Assembly: GCA_021650915.1 (NCBI GenBank) | Contig: CP091279.1 | Span: forward strand, 1,560,001-1,592,000 | Source of the DNA: Candidatus Brocadia sp. | Lineage (GTDB): Bacteria; Planctomycetota; Brocadiia; Brocadiales; Brocadiaceae | Reading direction: 5' to 3' | DNA length: 32,000 nt | Shown here: positions 10,069 through 18,830 of the stretch, in pieces | How the letters are laid out: every line of letters begins with the position of its first letter | Position numbering within the stretch: the stretch's first letter is position 1 | Notes under the pieces: model-generated | What the model was told of the DNA's origin: nothing | Databases searched by the model: none | The model's input: the letters and a program-made list of their open reading frames with translations, nothing else | Program-made: the position numbers and the translations under genes

Positions 10069-10998
10069 ATGATTAATATTTATAAAAGTACAAATCACCG
10101 GCTTGAGACGGTGGATACACCAACCGAAGGATGCTGGGTCAACGTGGTAGATCCCAGCGTGCAGGAGATTGCACAGATCGAAGAATTGGGTATTCCTGCT
10201 GACTTTGTAACCCATTCCCTCGATATAGACGAGCGGGCACACACAGAACGAAATGATGGCATCGTCCTTATTGTGCTTCGTGTGCCTTACGAAGAGGATG
10301 CGAAGGCGCAGATCCCTTATAGTACCGTACCTCTTGGGATTATTTTAACCAATACGCTTATAGTAACCATTTGCAGGACAGAAACAAGTGTTGTTCGGAA
10401 ATTCATCACCGGTCAAATACCAGAGTTATCTACGGTCAAAAAAAACCGGTTTGTCCTCCATCTGCTCCTCCGTACGGCCGTTCAATACCTTGAGTATTTA
10501 CGGGGCATCGATTCGTCTGTTGACGCGCTTGAAGACAGGCTCTATCGGTCATTACAAAACAAGGAAGTCATGGATTTGTTAAAATACCAGAAGAGCCTGG
10601 TCTATTTCACCACTGCTTTGAAGTCCAATGAACTCATGCTGGAGCGCATGCAAAAAGGCCAGTTATTCCAGGCATATCCTGAAGATGCGGAACTGCTGGA
10701 AGACGTGCTTATTGAAATCCGCCAGGCAATCGAAATGACCTATATCTCAGAAAACATCCTCAGCCAGATGATGGATGCGTTTGCATCGATCATTTCTAAT
10801 AATTTAAACGTCGTCATGAAAATCCTGACTTCAATAACCATGGTAATCAGTCTTCCCACCCTCATCGCCAGTTTGTATGGCATGAACGTCAGCCTTCCCG
10901 GACAACACTATCCGTATGCATTTGCATTGACACTGCTGGTTTCTCTGATGATATCTGCGATTGTTGTGATTGTTTTTTGGAAGAAGAAATGGCTGTAA
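10069..10998 (+). CDS. corA: CorA-family magnesium/cobalt transporter
   Basis: 309 aa. A soluble N-domain is followed by two C-terminal TM helices flanking the signature YGMN (SLYGMNVSLPG). Confidence 0.88.
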   Translation: MINIYKSTNHRLETVDTPTEGCWVNVVDPSVQEIAQIEELGIPADFVTHSLDIDERAHTERNDGIVLIVLRVPYEEDAKAQIPYSTVPLGIILTNTLIVTICRTETSVVRKFITGQIPELSTVKKNRFVLHLLLRTAVQYLEYLRGIDSSVDALEDRLYRSLQNKEVMDLLKYQKSLVYFTTALKSNELMLERMQKGQLFQAYPEDAELLEDVLIEIRQAIEMTYISENILSQMMDAFASIISNNLNVVMKILTSITMVISLPTLIASLYGMNVSLPGQHYPYAFALTLLVSLMISAIVVIVFWKKKWL

Positions 10999-11066
10999 GG
11001 AAAAATCGCAGAGAGGCGAAGAAGAATATTTCGAAAATGCGCACATTTCAGGCAATTTGATGCTGC

Positions 11067-11216
11067 GCAACATTTTAGTTTATTGAAAAATCCTAATAAT
11101 AGCGATGTTTAACACCCAGGGTAGGGGCGAAGCATTTGCTGCAACCGGAATAAATCCACTCATACCCAATCAGGCAAATGCTTCGCCCCTACTTTTTCAA
11201 AAAACTAACCTGTTAC
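11067..11216 (-). repeat. MITE-like nested-palindrome element, copy B (inverted relative to A/C/D, termini degenerate)
   Basis: gcaacattttagtttattgaaaaa ... gtaggggcgaagcatttgc (11121-) ... ggcaaatgcttcgcccctac (11173-11192) tttttcaaaaaactaacctgttac. The asymmetric 30-nt arm lies on the left here, versus on the right in copies A and C. The element ends 16 bp from the stop of the 1200-aa gene. Confidence 0.75.
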
Positions 11217-11231
11217 GGTGCCGCACCTAAA

Positions 11232-14200
11232 TCAATCATCATAGTATCTGATATATGATGGATATAATATTTGATAAATACGATCAAGTTCATCAAAGAT
11301 TTTACGTGCAGTCTTGCTGTCTCGTGTTTCCTGAGAAACCCTGCCAAAAACCTCGTTAATTACATGGTAGCCTAGTGTCCTGTAGGCTTCAAACTGGGAT
11401 TCATCAAACATTTGATTGAGCGTGGTTTGATGGGGGAATGACTTGTTCTGCATCTTGTAACTCTTAATTTCCAGTGACTCGTTGCCGGTCAATGATGACT
11501 TGATGTAAACGAGGACACCATTTCTGGCAGGTTCTGGATCGACTTTTTCGTATTCAATGGTTCCTATAGCATAGTGGCTGCCGCTGATTCCCGAATCTTT
11601 ATTCCTCTTCATCCGTTCTACATTGATGGAAATAGTAACGCCGAAGTCGGTGCGGCATTTTTCAATGGCATTTGCAAGGTCTCCAAACTCCATATCGGGG
11701 TCTTCACCCACGTCGCAGGCAACGATGTACCGGCACCGTCTCCGAACAAGTTCATAAATGCCGAGGTTCTCAAAGTGACCCCCATCGGAAAGATAAACGT
11801 ATCTCTTACGGTCATCGCTCCACCCGAATAGTTCTTTCAGGAGATAATACAACCCTGAGCAACCAGGCCAATGAAAACATATTCTCGCCACAAGATGCCA
11901 TGCTTTCGAGAGACAACACAACACTGGACAAGTAGGTCTCCTATACTTCTTGAAGTTTTTTTTATGTCTCGGATTGACGAACCACTGGCCAAGGCGAACA
12001 TTAAACACCGTCATGATAAAGGCGAGGGCGCCTGACGAACGGTATCCCATGCTGGGACTTACCGCGGCGCCAGAGATGGCCATGGCATCCCCAAGGGTAA
12101 ATGGCTTATCACCATCATTCACATCTTTCCATGAACGGTATGCATCCTTTTCCAAATCCTTTCCATTCTCCTTAGAAGTGTGTTTATGATTAGACGTATA
12201 GCCATAGTGCAGGGGGGTAAAAACAAAGGATGCCGCCTTACGCTGTTGCCAGGCGAGTTCTTCCCCTTTTGTCAAATTAAGGGTCGCATTTATGATGGGG
12301 TAAGGACCGCTATAACACTTATCGGAAAGAAATTCGCTGATTGCTATTTTTGTATCCTCTGCACCAAGATACGCACGTTTCAGCCTGTCCTTATACAGGG
12401 TGTGAAGTGAAAGGGAGTTGATATTCATCCCACTGGCAATAACAATAGCAAAAACAAAAACTCCAAAAAAAGTACCAAGCAGTATCCACCAATTAGATGT
12501 TTTATCTAAGCTAAATACATGAGGCAACCAGGCTGAGATTATAATGGCTCCAACGATGATACTGCACATCCCTAAAGCTATTGCCAACTTAAAACCCCAT
12601 TTTGCGCCCCTTCCTTCAGTACCCAGGATAAATCTCTGTAACAGCCCGCTTATAACGATCATTGCATTGACCCAGGCAAAGGTAGCGAAAGACTGAAATC
12701 CGATAACGATTATTCCTGATATTTCTTTTCCAAAAATGGTTACAGCAAACAATGCGGTTGTCAGCGCCGTCCAGCCAAGAAGAGATACGGCAAAACGTCC
12801 GAGATTATTCCTCTCGTCCTCGGTGAAGGTATCTCTGGACAGTAAGAACCAAAGAGCGCCTGCAAAAAGAAAAATCAGTATAACCGTGGGCATGCCAAAA
12901 CACGCGAAGACCAAACGGCTAAGTTTGCCACTTTTACTTTTCGGGCAATCATTAGGAAACATCTCCTCAATGAGGAGGCGGTTAAGTTTTTTGACGTTGT
13001 TCCTCTCTTCTACATCCATCTCAGAAAACTGTTTCTTCCGGGAATCAGAGGTCTTTTCTGCTAAATTGTTTACCTTATAACTGAAGTTAAAATAACATAT
13101 CCTATCGTATAAGGCAGGGTACTGTATCAATTTATTAAGCCATTGAATATAGCTTTCTTCTTTGGATTTGGACAACTTATCATCAGGCTTTTTAACTCGC
13201 AAACTATCAGTAACATCTATAATTTTTTTGGCGTTTCTATAAAGGTTTCGAATTTTATAATGCGGGAATCTTGTTGGGTAAATTTCATTCAACAAAAACC
13301 AATTTAGATTTTTAATCTTTTCTTCACACCCGAAAAATATAGGAAAAGATTTTTTGCGACAATCTTCTGTTTTTTCTATAAAATAATTTATCTCCTCATT
13401 ATTGGGAAATTTGCGATAATTCTTCCACGTAAAATTGTCATAGAGATGAGTAATTTCCAACATCTCATTGAAATGTGCAATAGTATTTTCGTGGGCTTTG
13501 AAATGTGTATCGTTATCATCTATGATCCCATCATTTCTTAGCGTTGTACAAAGTGCTTCTACTTTTGATAAATCAATAAACTCGTCCTCCCTGAAATCAC
13601 CGGTGATGACTCTTTTCTGCATCCATATCCAGTTTGATAAAAAAAAGAGTAGTCCTCCAGTAACGCCTCCCGCAATCAAAAACATTATTGTTTTTATAAA
13701 TATTTTTTTTATTTGCTTTTCATTTATTGTGATTGTGAAAAGCACCCAGAGAAAATTGAGGAGTAGGAATACTGCGAAAACCCACTTCCAGTAATTTTCC
13801 GATTCAATATAATAATATCCCTTCCATATTCCGTCGCCAAGTAATAAGACTCCTATAATCATTACAAAAGACAACCGCTTCCGTTCCTTTGGACCGCTAA
13901 GGAAGCTGATGCAAATGACAATAAATATAAAGGGAATGCTCCAACACGCTATATTCATATAGCGATAAAGGGGCGCCGCTGGGTGATAAAAAAAGATGAG
14001 TAGTAAATGAGTAAAGGTTATCATGGAGAAAAGAACAGATACGAGGATGAGCAGATTGAAGAATGAGTTGCGCAGGTATGTTGTAAGGAGCAACCAGGTA
14101 TCAGTCCCCAATAACCCCTTTTGTGGTGTCAGATAGTTGCTGTAGTCCCGCAGGTGATGGATTTCGTCAGGCTCCTTCTTATTATGCTTGCTCCAGTCAG

Positions 14201-14834
14201 GATGGAGGTTGTTAATAACGATCCACCTGCCTTTGTTTCTTATCCATGCTACCAGCCAGCTTCCGATATAACCGCCACCGGATACCGTTGATAGATATTT
14301 AAAGATGGGGAGTATGCCCAATTCTGCCATGCCCTGCAACACACCAAGGTTAAAGGTGGCGCTGCGAATTCCACCGCCGGAGAAGGCAAGGCCAACGAAT
14401 GAAGCTTCATGGGCTTCTGAATATATTACATCATATATTACATCTTCGTAATATTCATAAGAATTTTTTATAAGAAGACGATACAGTTCTTTTTTGTCCT
14501 CGCTTAAATCAGTGTCTTGTTTATTTTTGCCATCATTTTTTATTTTTTCATATAACTTATTTATTTTATCTGAAAACTTGAAATCGGGGTTTCCTTCCTT
14601 TAAAGCGTCATATAATAAAACGAGGTTTTTCGAGAGGTCATCATCGTTTGATTTAGACAAACGAAATAGAAGCGACCATAATTCTTTGGGGTCTTTTTTT
14701 TTAATTATTTCTTTAAAGTTAAGTTGATTTAAGTTAGATTCATTTATAGGATGCTCTTGAATTACTCGCGAGAGTTCTTCAGTGAAGATTTGCTCGAAGC
14801 TCAAGGCGGTTGATTCCGATGGTTTTCCTGACAT
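11232..14834 (-). CDS. giant membrane-embedded patatin-like phospholipase with split catalytic domain
   Basis: 1200-aa uninterrupted ORF with GGAGG 8 nt upstream of the ATG. Patatin motifs: GLAFSGGGIRSATFNLGVLQG (aa 148-168, oxyanion loop), STVSGGGYIGSW (Ser185, codon 14280-14282; a T-V-S-G-G variant of GxSxG) and YLSDGGHFENLGIYELVRRRC (Asp1017 in D-G-G, codon 11784-11786). Hydrophobic multi-helix blocks lie at about aa 244-405 and 641-800. A charged soluble insert spans about aa 411-640. Confidence 0.8.
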   Translation of the reverse strand: MSGKPSESTALSFEQIFTEELSRVIQEHPINESNLNQLNFKEIIKKKDPKELWSLLFRLSKSNDDDLSKNLVLLYDALKEGNPDFKFSDKINKLYEKIKNDGKNKQDTDLSEDKKELYRLLIKNSYEYYEDVIYDVIYSEAHEASFVGLAFSGGGIRSATFNLGVLQGMAELGILPIFKYLSTVSGGGYIGSWLVAWIRNKGRWIVINNLHPDWSKHNKKEPDEIHHLRDYSNYLTPQKGLLGTDTWLLLTTYLRNSFFNLLILVSVLFSMITFTHLLLIFFYHPAAPLYRYMNIACWSIPFIFIVICISFLSGPKERKRLSFVMIIGVLLLGDGIWKGYYYIESENYWKWVFAVFLLLNFLWVLFTITINEKQIKKIFIKTIMFLIAGGVTGGLLFFLSNWIWMQKRVITGDFREDEFIDLSKVEALCTTLRNDGIIDDNDTHFKAHENTIAHFNEMLEITHLYDNFTWKNYRKFPNNEEINYFIEKTEDCRKKSFPIFFGCEEKIKNLNWFLLNEIYPTRFPHYKIRNLYRNAKKIIDVTDSLRVKKPDDKLSKSKEESYIQWLNKLIQYPALYDRICYFNFSYKVNNLAEKTSDSRKKQFSEMDVEERNNVKKLNRLLIEEMFPNDCPKSKSGKLSRLVFACFGMPTVILIFLFAGALWFLLSRDTFTEDERNNLGRFAVSLLGWTALTTALFAVTIFGKEISGIIVIGFQSFATFAWVNAMIVISGLLQRFILGTEGRGAKWGFKLAIALGMCSIIVGAIIISAWLPHVFSLDKTSNWWILLGTFFGVFVFAIVIASGMNINSLSLHTLYKDRLKRAYLGAEDTKIAISEFLSDKCYSGPYPIINATLNLTKGEELAWQQRKAASFVFTPLHYGYTSNHKHTSKENGKDLEKDAYRSWKDVNDGDKPFTLGDAMAISGAAVSPSMGYRSSGALAFIMTVFNVRLGQWFVNPRHKKNFKKYRRPTCPVLCCLSKAWHLVARICFHWPGCSGLYYLLKELFGWSDDRKRYVYLSDGGHFENLGIYELVRRRCRYIVACDVGEDPDMEFGDLANAIEKCRTDFGVTISINVERMKRNKDSGISGSHYAIGTIEYEKVDPEPARNGVLVYIKSSLTGNESLEIKSYKMQNKSFPHQTTLNQMFDESQFEAYRTLGYHVINEVFGRVSQETRDSKTARKIFDELDRIYQILYPSYIRYYDD

Positions 14835-15236
14835 ATATACCTCCGGATGCAGATATGAAGATGGGAATTGTCATATGAATGGTTGCAGGCAGTAAAACAA
14901 AAATTTTAAAAAATTTCAAGTCTAATTTTCCGCTTTTTGAAATGGATCTATCATTATTCCGATCACGGCTAAAGATAATCTTTGCGCAAAGTCATTGCAG
15001 TGCAATTTTAAATACACGGGAATATTTTCCATTTCAAATCTTTGTCCTGTTTGGTATATTCTCCAGAACAGATATCCTGGCGCAACCAAGTCACCCATAG
15101 AAACTTACTGTTGGACAATTTTTCGGCTGGACAAAATGACCCTAATTGGGCAAGTATCATGTAAAACAACTATTTTTACAGGTTTTTTGTAACTTTCAGC
15201 ATACTTTCGGCTACAATCACTACACGTGAACAAATG

Positions 15237-15384
15237 GTAACACTTTAGTTTTTTGAAAAAGTAGGGGCGAAGCATTCGCCTGCTTGGGGTGTGAACGCAT
15301 TTATGCCAATTTATGGCAAATGCTTCGCCCCTACACAGTGCGGCAACATTGTTATTGTAATTTTTCAAAAAACTAAAGTGTTAC
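15237..15384 (+). repeat. MITE-like nested-palindrome element, copy C
   Basis: Perfect 24-bp termini gtaacactttagttttttgaaaaa / tttttcaaaaaactaaagtgttac. Inner hairpin gtaggggcgaagcattcgcc ... ggcaaatgcttcgcccctac (15261-15334). Nearly identical to copy A. Confidence 0.8.
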
Positions 15385-15402
15385 AACAAATGTTGATTCT
15401 GT

Positions 15403-15563
15403 AATCCCGAAGGGATGACATGATTATAGCATATTGTCACGCAATTACGGTTAACACCATAGGGGTGGCATGGCATCTTCATTTTCCCCTTATTTCACCC
15501 CTTACGGGGTTGAATAGGGTGGTGGTGTGCTTTTTTCTATAAGCATGTCATCCCTTCGGGATT
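15403..15563. repeat. second palindromic element class (20-bp terminal inverted repeats)
   Basis: aatcccgaagggatgacatg (15403-15422) and catgtcatcccttcgggatt (15544-15563) are perfect reverse complements. The interior contains a further small hairpin ttcaccccttacggggttgaa. Confidence 0.65.
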
Positions 15564-15694
15564 TCCGGTCTATCCATTTTTCTTGTTGGCCCTAAACCAT
15601 TCAGAGAAAATATTCTCTGTCAATTTTTGCTGAATAGTTACGGTTTCCTTAACTTGATAGTATAGGATTTTCATTTTATTTAAGCGGGTTTGCG

Positions 15695-15786
15695 GTAGGG
15701 TGGATTAAGCGGAAGCGAATCCACCTTTTCTGAAAATAGTATTGGTGGATTCGGCGTAAAAACCAACGCCTTAATTCATCCACTAC
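15695..15786. repeat. GTAG-footed REP-like hairpin pair (inverted)
   Basis: gtagggtggattaagcggaagcgaatccacc (stem ggtggatt/aatccacc), then ggtggattcggcgtaaaaaccaacgccttaattcatccactac. The outer ends gtagggtggattaag and cttaattcatccactac are imperfect reverse complements. Confidence 0.5.
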
Positions 15787-15929
15787 TCATAACTAATTCA
15801 TTCAGCAAAAAAATTGTCCGACAATAAGCCTTAGGGGGTGAAGGGGGTTGAGAAAAAACTTACAAAAAAAGATATTTTTACACAGGAATAATATAACGAT
15901 GAAAACGACTTTTCTAAGGAAGTTACAAA

Positions 15930-17207
15930 GTGATTGAAATAAAACCGATAACCGGGAGTATCGATGCAATCGTTAAAGTTCCCGGTTCGAAGAGCTACAC
16001 GAACCGCGCCCTCATCACGGCGGCATTGGCCGATGGAACATCAACGATTACGAATGCCCTTTTCAGCGACGATACGAAATATATGGCATCCGGCTTGAAT
16101 ATCCTGGGAATACCAGTCGAAGAGCAACACGATGTCAATACGTTCATCGTACACGGAAAAGGTGGGGCTATTCCCGCAAGACAGGCGAATTTGTTCGTCG
16201 GGAATGCAGGGACTGCAATGAGGTTTTTGACGGCCATGCTGACCCTGGGCAACGGCGTTTACGAAATAGACGGTGTCACCCGCATGCGGCAAAGGCCCAT
16301 ACAGGATTTGCTTGACGGTTTAAGCCAGCTTGGGGCGGATGTCACATCAAAAAATAACGATGGCTGCCCGCCGGTGATGATCCGGGGAAAAGGATTGCAG
16401 GGTGGATTAACCGTGGTAAAAGGAGACTTGAGCAGTCAGTATTTTAGCGCTTTATTGATGACGTCCCCGTACGCAAAAAGGGATGTAATTATTGAAGTAA
16501 AGGGCAACCTGGTTTCAAAGCGGTACGTGGATATGACGATAGCGCTGATGCGGCAGTTTGGGATAAATATTGAGAACAGTGATTATAAAACATTCTTTGT
16601 AAAATCCGGTCAGCATTACCGGGCGACACACTATGAAGTAGAAGGGGATGCGTCGGGCGCGTCTTATTTTTTTGCCGCGGCCGCCATTACCGGCGGAAAA
16701 GTAAGGGTTGTAGGCATCGGGAGTGATTCCATGCAGGGGGACATTCATTTTGTGGACGTTTTGAAAAGTATGGGTTGTAGTGTTACCTGGGGCGGCAATT
16801 GGATTGAAGTGCAGGGGGGGGCGTTGCGTGGCATAGATATTGACATGGGCGATATGTCTGATGTCGTTCAGACCCTGGCTGCCGTAGCGGTGTTTGCCCA
16901 GGGAAAAACGCGGGTTCGCAATGTGAAAAATATGCGCATTAAGGAGACCGACCGTATTGCCGCGGTGGTAAATGAATTGCGCAGGATGGGGATTTCAGCG
17001 GTAGAATATGAAGATGGTTTTGAAATTGAACCGTCTCCACCGTGTCCGGCTGAGATCGAGACCTATGATGACCATCGCATGGCTATGAGTTTTGCGTTGG
17101 TTGGGCTGCGTTCATCCGGTATCGCAATTAAAAATCCCGGATGCGTCGCGAAGACATTTCCCGATTATTTTCAGAGGTTAGAAGCCCTAAGGGGTGGAAA
17201 AAATTAA
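15930..17207 (+). CDS. aroA: 3-phosphoshikimate 1-carboxyvinyltransferase (EPSP synthase)
   Basis: 425 aa with a GTG start. KVPGSKSYTNRALITAALA, LFVGNAGTAMRFLTA, RIKETDRI and YDDHRMAMSFALVG are canonical EPSPS blocks. Confidence 0.93.
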   Translation: MIEIKPITGSIDAIVKVPGSKSYTNRALITAALADGTSTITNALFSDDTKYMASGLNILGIPVEEQHDVNTFIVHGKGGAIPARQANLFVGNAGTAMRFLTAMLTLGNGVYEIDGVTRMRQRPIQDLLDGLSQLGADVTSKNNDGCPPVMIRGKGLQGGLTVVKGDLSSQYFSALLMTSPYAKRDVIIEVKGNLVSKRYVDMTIALMRQFGINIENSDYKTFFVKSGQHYRATHYEVEGDASGASYFFAAAAITGGKVRVVGIGSDSMQGDIHFVDVLKSMGCSVTWGGNWIEVQGGALRGIDIDMGDMSDVVQTLAAVAVFAQGKTRVRNVKNMRIKETDRIAAVVNELRRMGISAVEYEDGFEIEPSPPCPAEIETYDDHRMAMSFALVGLRSSGIAIKNPGCVAKTFPDYFQRLEALRGGKN

Positions 17208-17354
17208 CCCTGTCAGGGTTGAAGTGCATATTTAGCGCGCCGGATGTATGATAAACGCTCGGGCAAAGAGTTCTTATTTTCCCTCCATCTGCCGGAGCAT
17301 ATCTCCTCTTGTAAACCCTTTTATGAGCAATACTGAGATTTTTAGAGCGCTACG

Positions 17355-18455
17355 ATGACGCCGGACGTTGATGAAAAATACATGACCATTGCCTTGGAAT
17401 TGGCAGAAAAAGGGCGTGGGAAGGTGGAACCCAATCCCATGGTGGGTGCGGTACTGGTCAAAAATGGTGAGATCGTAGGAAGGGGTTATCACCATGCATT
17501 TGGAGGGCCGCATGCTGAGATACATGCGATCAACGAGGGAGGAACAAATGGCAAAGGCGCTACACTCTACGTATCCATGGAGCCCTGCGCGCACTATGGC
17601 AAGACGGCGCCCTGCGTTGACGCCATCATAAGGGCCGCAATTGCAAGGGTGGTAATGCCGGTTATTGATCCGAATCCCATTACCTCTGGCAGAGGGCTGC
17701 AAAAATTAAAAGAGACTGGAATAGAAGTAAAACTCGGCATTATGGAATCGCAGGCCAGAAGACTCAACGCCCCCTTCTTTAAATTAATGCAAACCGGACT
17801 CCCCTACATCATCGTTAAATGGGCGATGTCGCTTGATGGCAAGATCGCCACCCACGGCGGAGACTCCCGGTGGATTACTTCGGAAGAGTCGCGTGCCTAT
17901 GTGCATACGATACGCGGGCAGGTGGACGGCATTATCGTGGGAATCAACACCGTGCTACGTGATGATCCTTTACTGACATGTCGTTTAGAAGGGGGAAGAA
18001 ATCCGCGAAGGATTATCGTCGATGGCAACGCTGTCCTGCCCTTACATTCCCGGCTCATCAAAACCATCGGAGAAAGTGAAATCATGGTTGCCGTCACCGA
18101 GAATGCGCCTCATGAGCGTATTGAGCGCCTGAAGCACGCGGGATGCAAAATCATTCGGACGAAGGGTACGGATGGTCGGGTGGATCTACAGGAACTCTTC
18201 CGGTATCTGGGCGAAATGAAATTGACGAACATCCTTGTCGAGGGTGGGAGTAAAATTATTACCTCGATGATCGAAGGCCATTTTGCTGATAAAATTATCG
18301 TATTTATTGCCCCCGTCATTATCGGAGGGGAAGGCGCAATGTCACCCGTCCGCGGCAAGGGGGTTAATATCATGGGTGAGGCAGTAAAACTGGCTGAAAT
18401 TAACATCAGAAGATTTTCCAATGACATTGCTGTTGAAGGTGTTCCGGAATACTGA
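17355..18455 (+). CDS. ribD: bifunctional diaminohydroxyphosphoribosylaminopyrimidine deaminase / 5-amino-6-(5-phosphoribosylamino)uracil reductase
   Basis: 366 aa. CMP/dCMP-type deaminase zinc motifs HAEIHAI and PCAHYGKTAPC, followed by a RibD C-terminal reductase domain (KWAMSLDGKIAT, ILVEGGSKI). Confidence 0.92.
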   Translation: MTPDVDEKYMTIALELAEKGRGKVEPNPMVGAVLVKNGEIVGRGYHHAFGGPHAEIHAINEGGTNGKGATLYVSMEPCAHYGKTAPCVDAIIRAAIARVVMPVIDPNPITSGRGLQKLKETGIEVKLGIMESQARRLNAPFFKLMQTGLPYIIVKWAMSLDGKIATHGGDSRWITSEESRAYVHTIRGQVDGIIVGINTVLRDDPLLTCRLEGGRNPRRIIVDGNAVLPLHSRLIKTIGESEIMVAVTENAPHERIERLKHAGCKIIRTKGTDGRVDLQELFRYLGEMKLTNILVEGGSKIITSMIEGHFADKIIVFIAPVIIGGEGAMSPVRGKGVNIMGEAVKLAEINIRRFSNDIAVEGVPEY

Positions 18456-18518
18456 TTGTGCGCTTAAGAATGCCTGCAGGGGACCATCGGAGAATACGGG
18501 AGACGATGCAATGGACAG

Positions 18519-18686
18519 TTACAAAGTATCAAGATCGCTGTCCTCGTCATCTAAAGCTTTCTCGATTTCAAATTCGATCTCTCTTCTTGGTTCAAGCACC
18601 AGCTTTTTGTATCTTTCTTTAATAAAAGCCAGCCGCTCAGTTTTTTTGCGCTGGTTGTCTGTCACATAATTTACTTCAAAGATCAT
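18519..18686 (-). CDS. small hypothetical protein (55 aa), below the ORF-track length cutoff
   Basis: My reverse-strand translation is MIFEVNYVTDNQRKKTERLAFIKERYKKLVLEPRREIEFEIEKALDDEDSDLDTL. ATG is the complement of 18684-18686, with TAGGAGGG about 8 nt upstream. Charged and helical-looking with an acidic tail. No family recognised. Confidence 0.4.
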   Translation of the reverse strand: MIFEVNYVTDNQRKKTERLAFIKERYKKLVLEPRREIEFEIEKALDDEDSDLDTL

Positions 18687-18830
18687 GTTCTTTGCCCTCC
18701 TATCAGTTTCATTTTACACGAAAATAACCGCATTTTAAAAACCAAAAGAATTATATAGTCAGCTTACCTAATGTCAAGTTCAAACTAAATATTTTGACTT
18801 TCAAACATTCTGTGATAAACTTTCAAAAAT

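Noticed and set aside
11232-14834. Patatin gene as the effector of a CBASS or other multi-gene defence operon
   Set aside because: No CD-NTase, SMODS, TIR, STING or other signalling or sensor gene is adjacent. The neighbours are corA and aroA beyond the MITEs. It can only be proposed as a single-gene unit.
14879-15368. ORFs 14879-15100(+), 14995-15192(+) and 15105-15368(-)
   Set aside because: They overlap each other and the MITE or promoter DNA, have biased low-complexity composition and lack RBS support. The 15105-15368 ORF is simply a read-through of the MITE hairpin.
17208-17354. Possible FMN riboswitch upstream of ribD
   Set aside because: The gap is short (147 nt) and contains only the small hairpin aaccctgtcagggtt at the aroA stop. 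No RFN-like conserved blocks.
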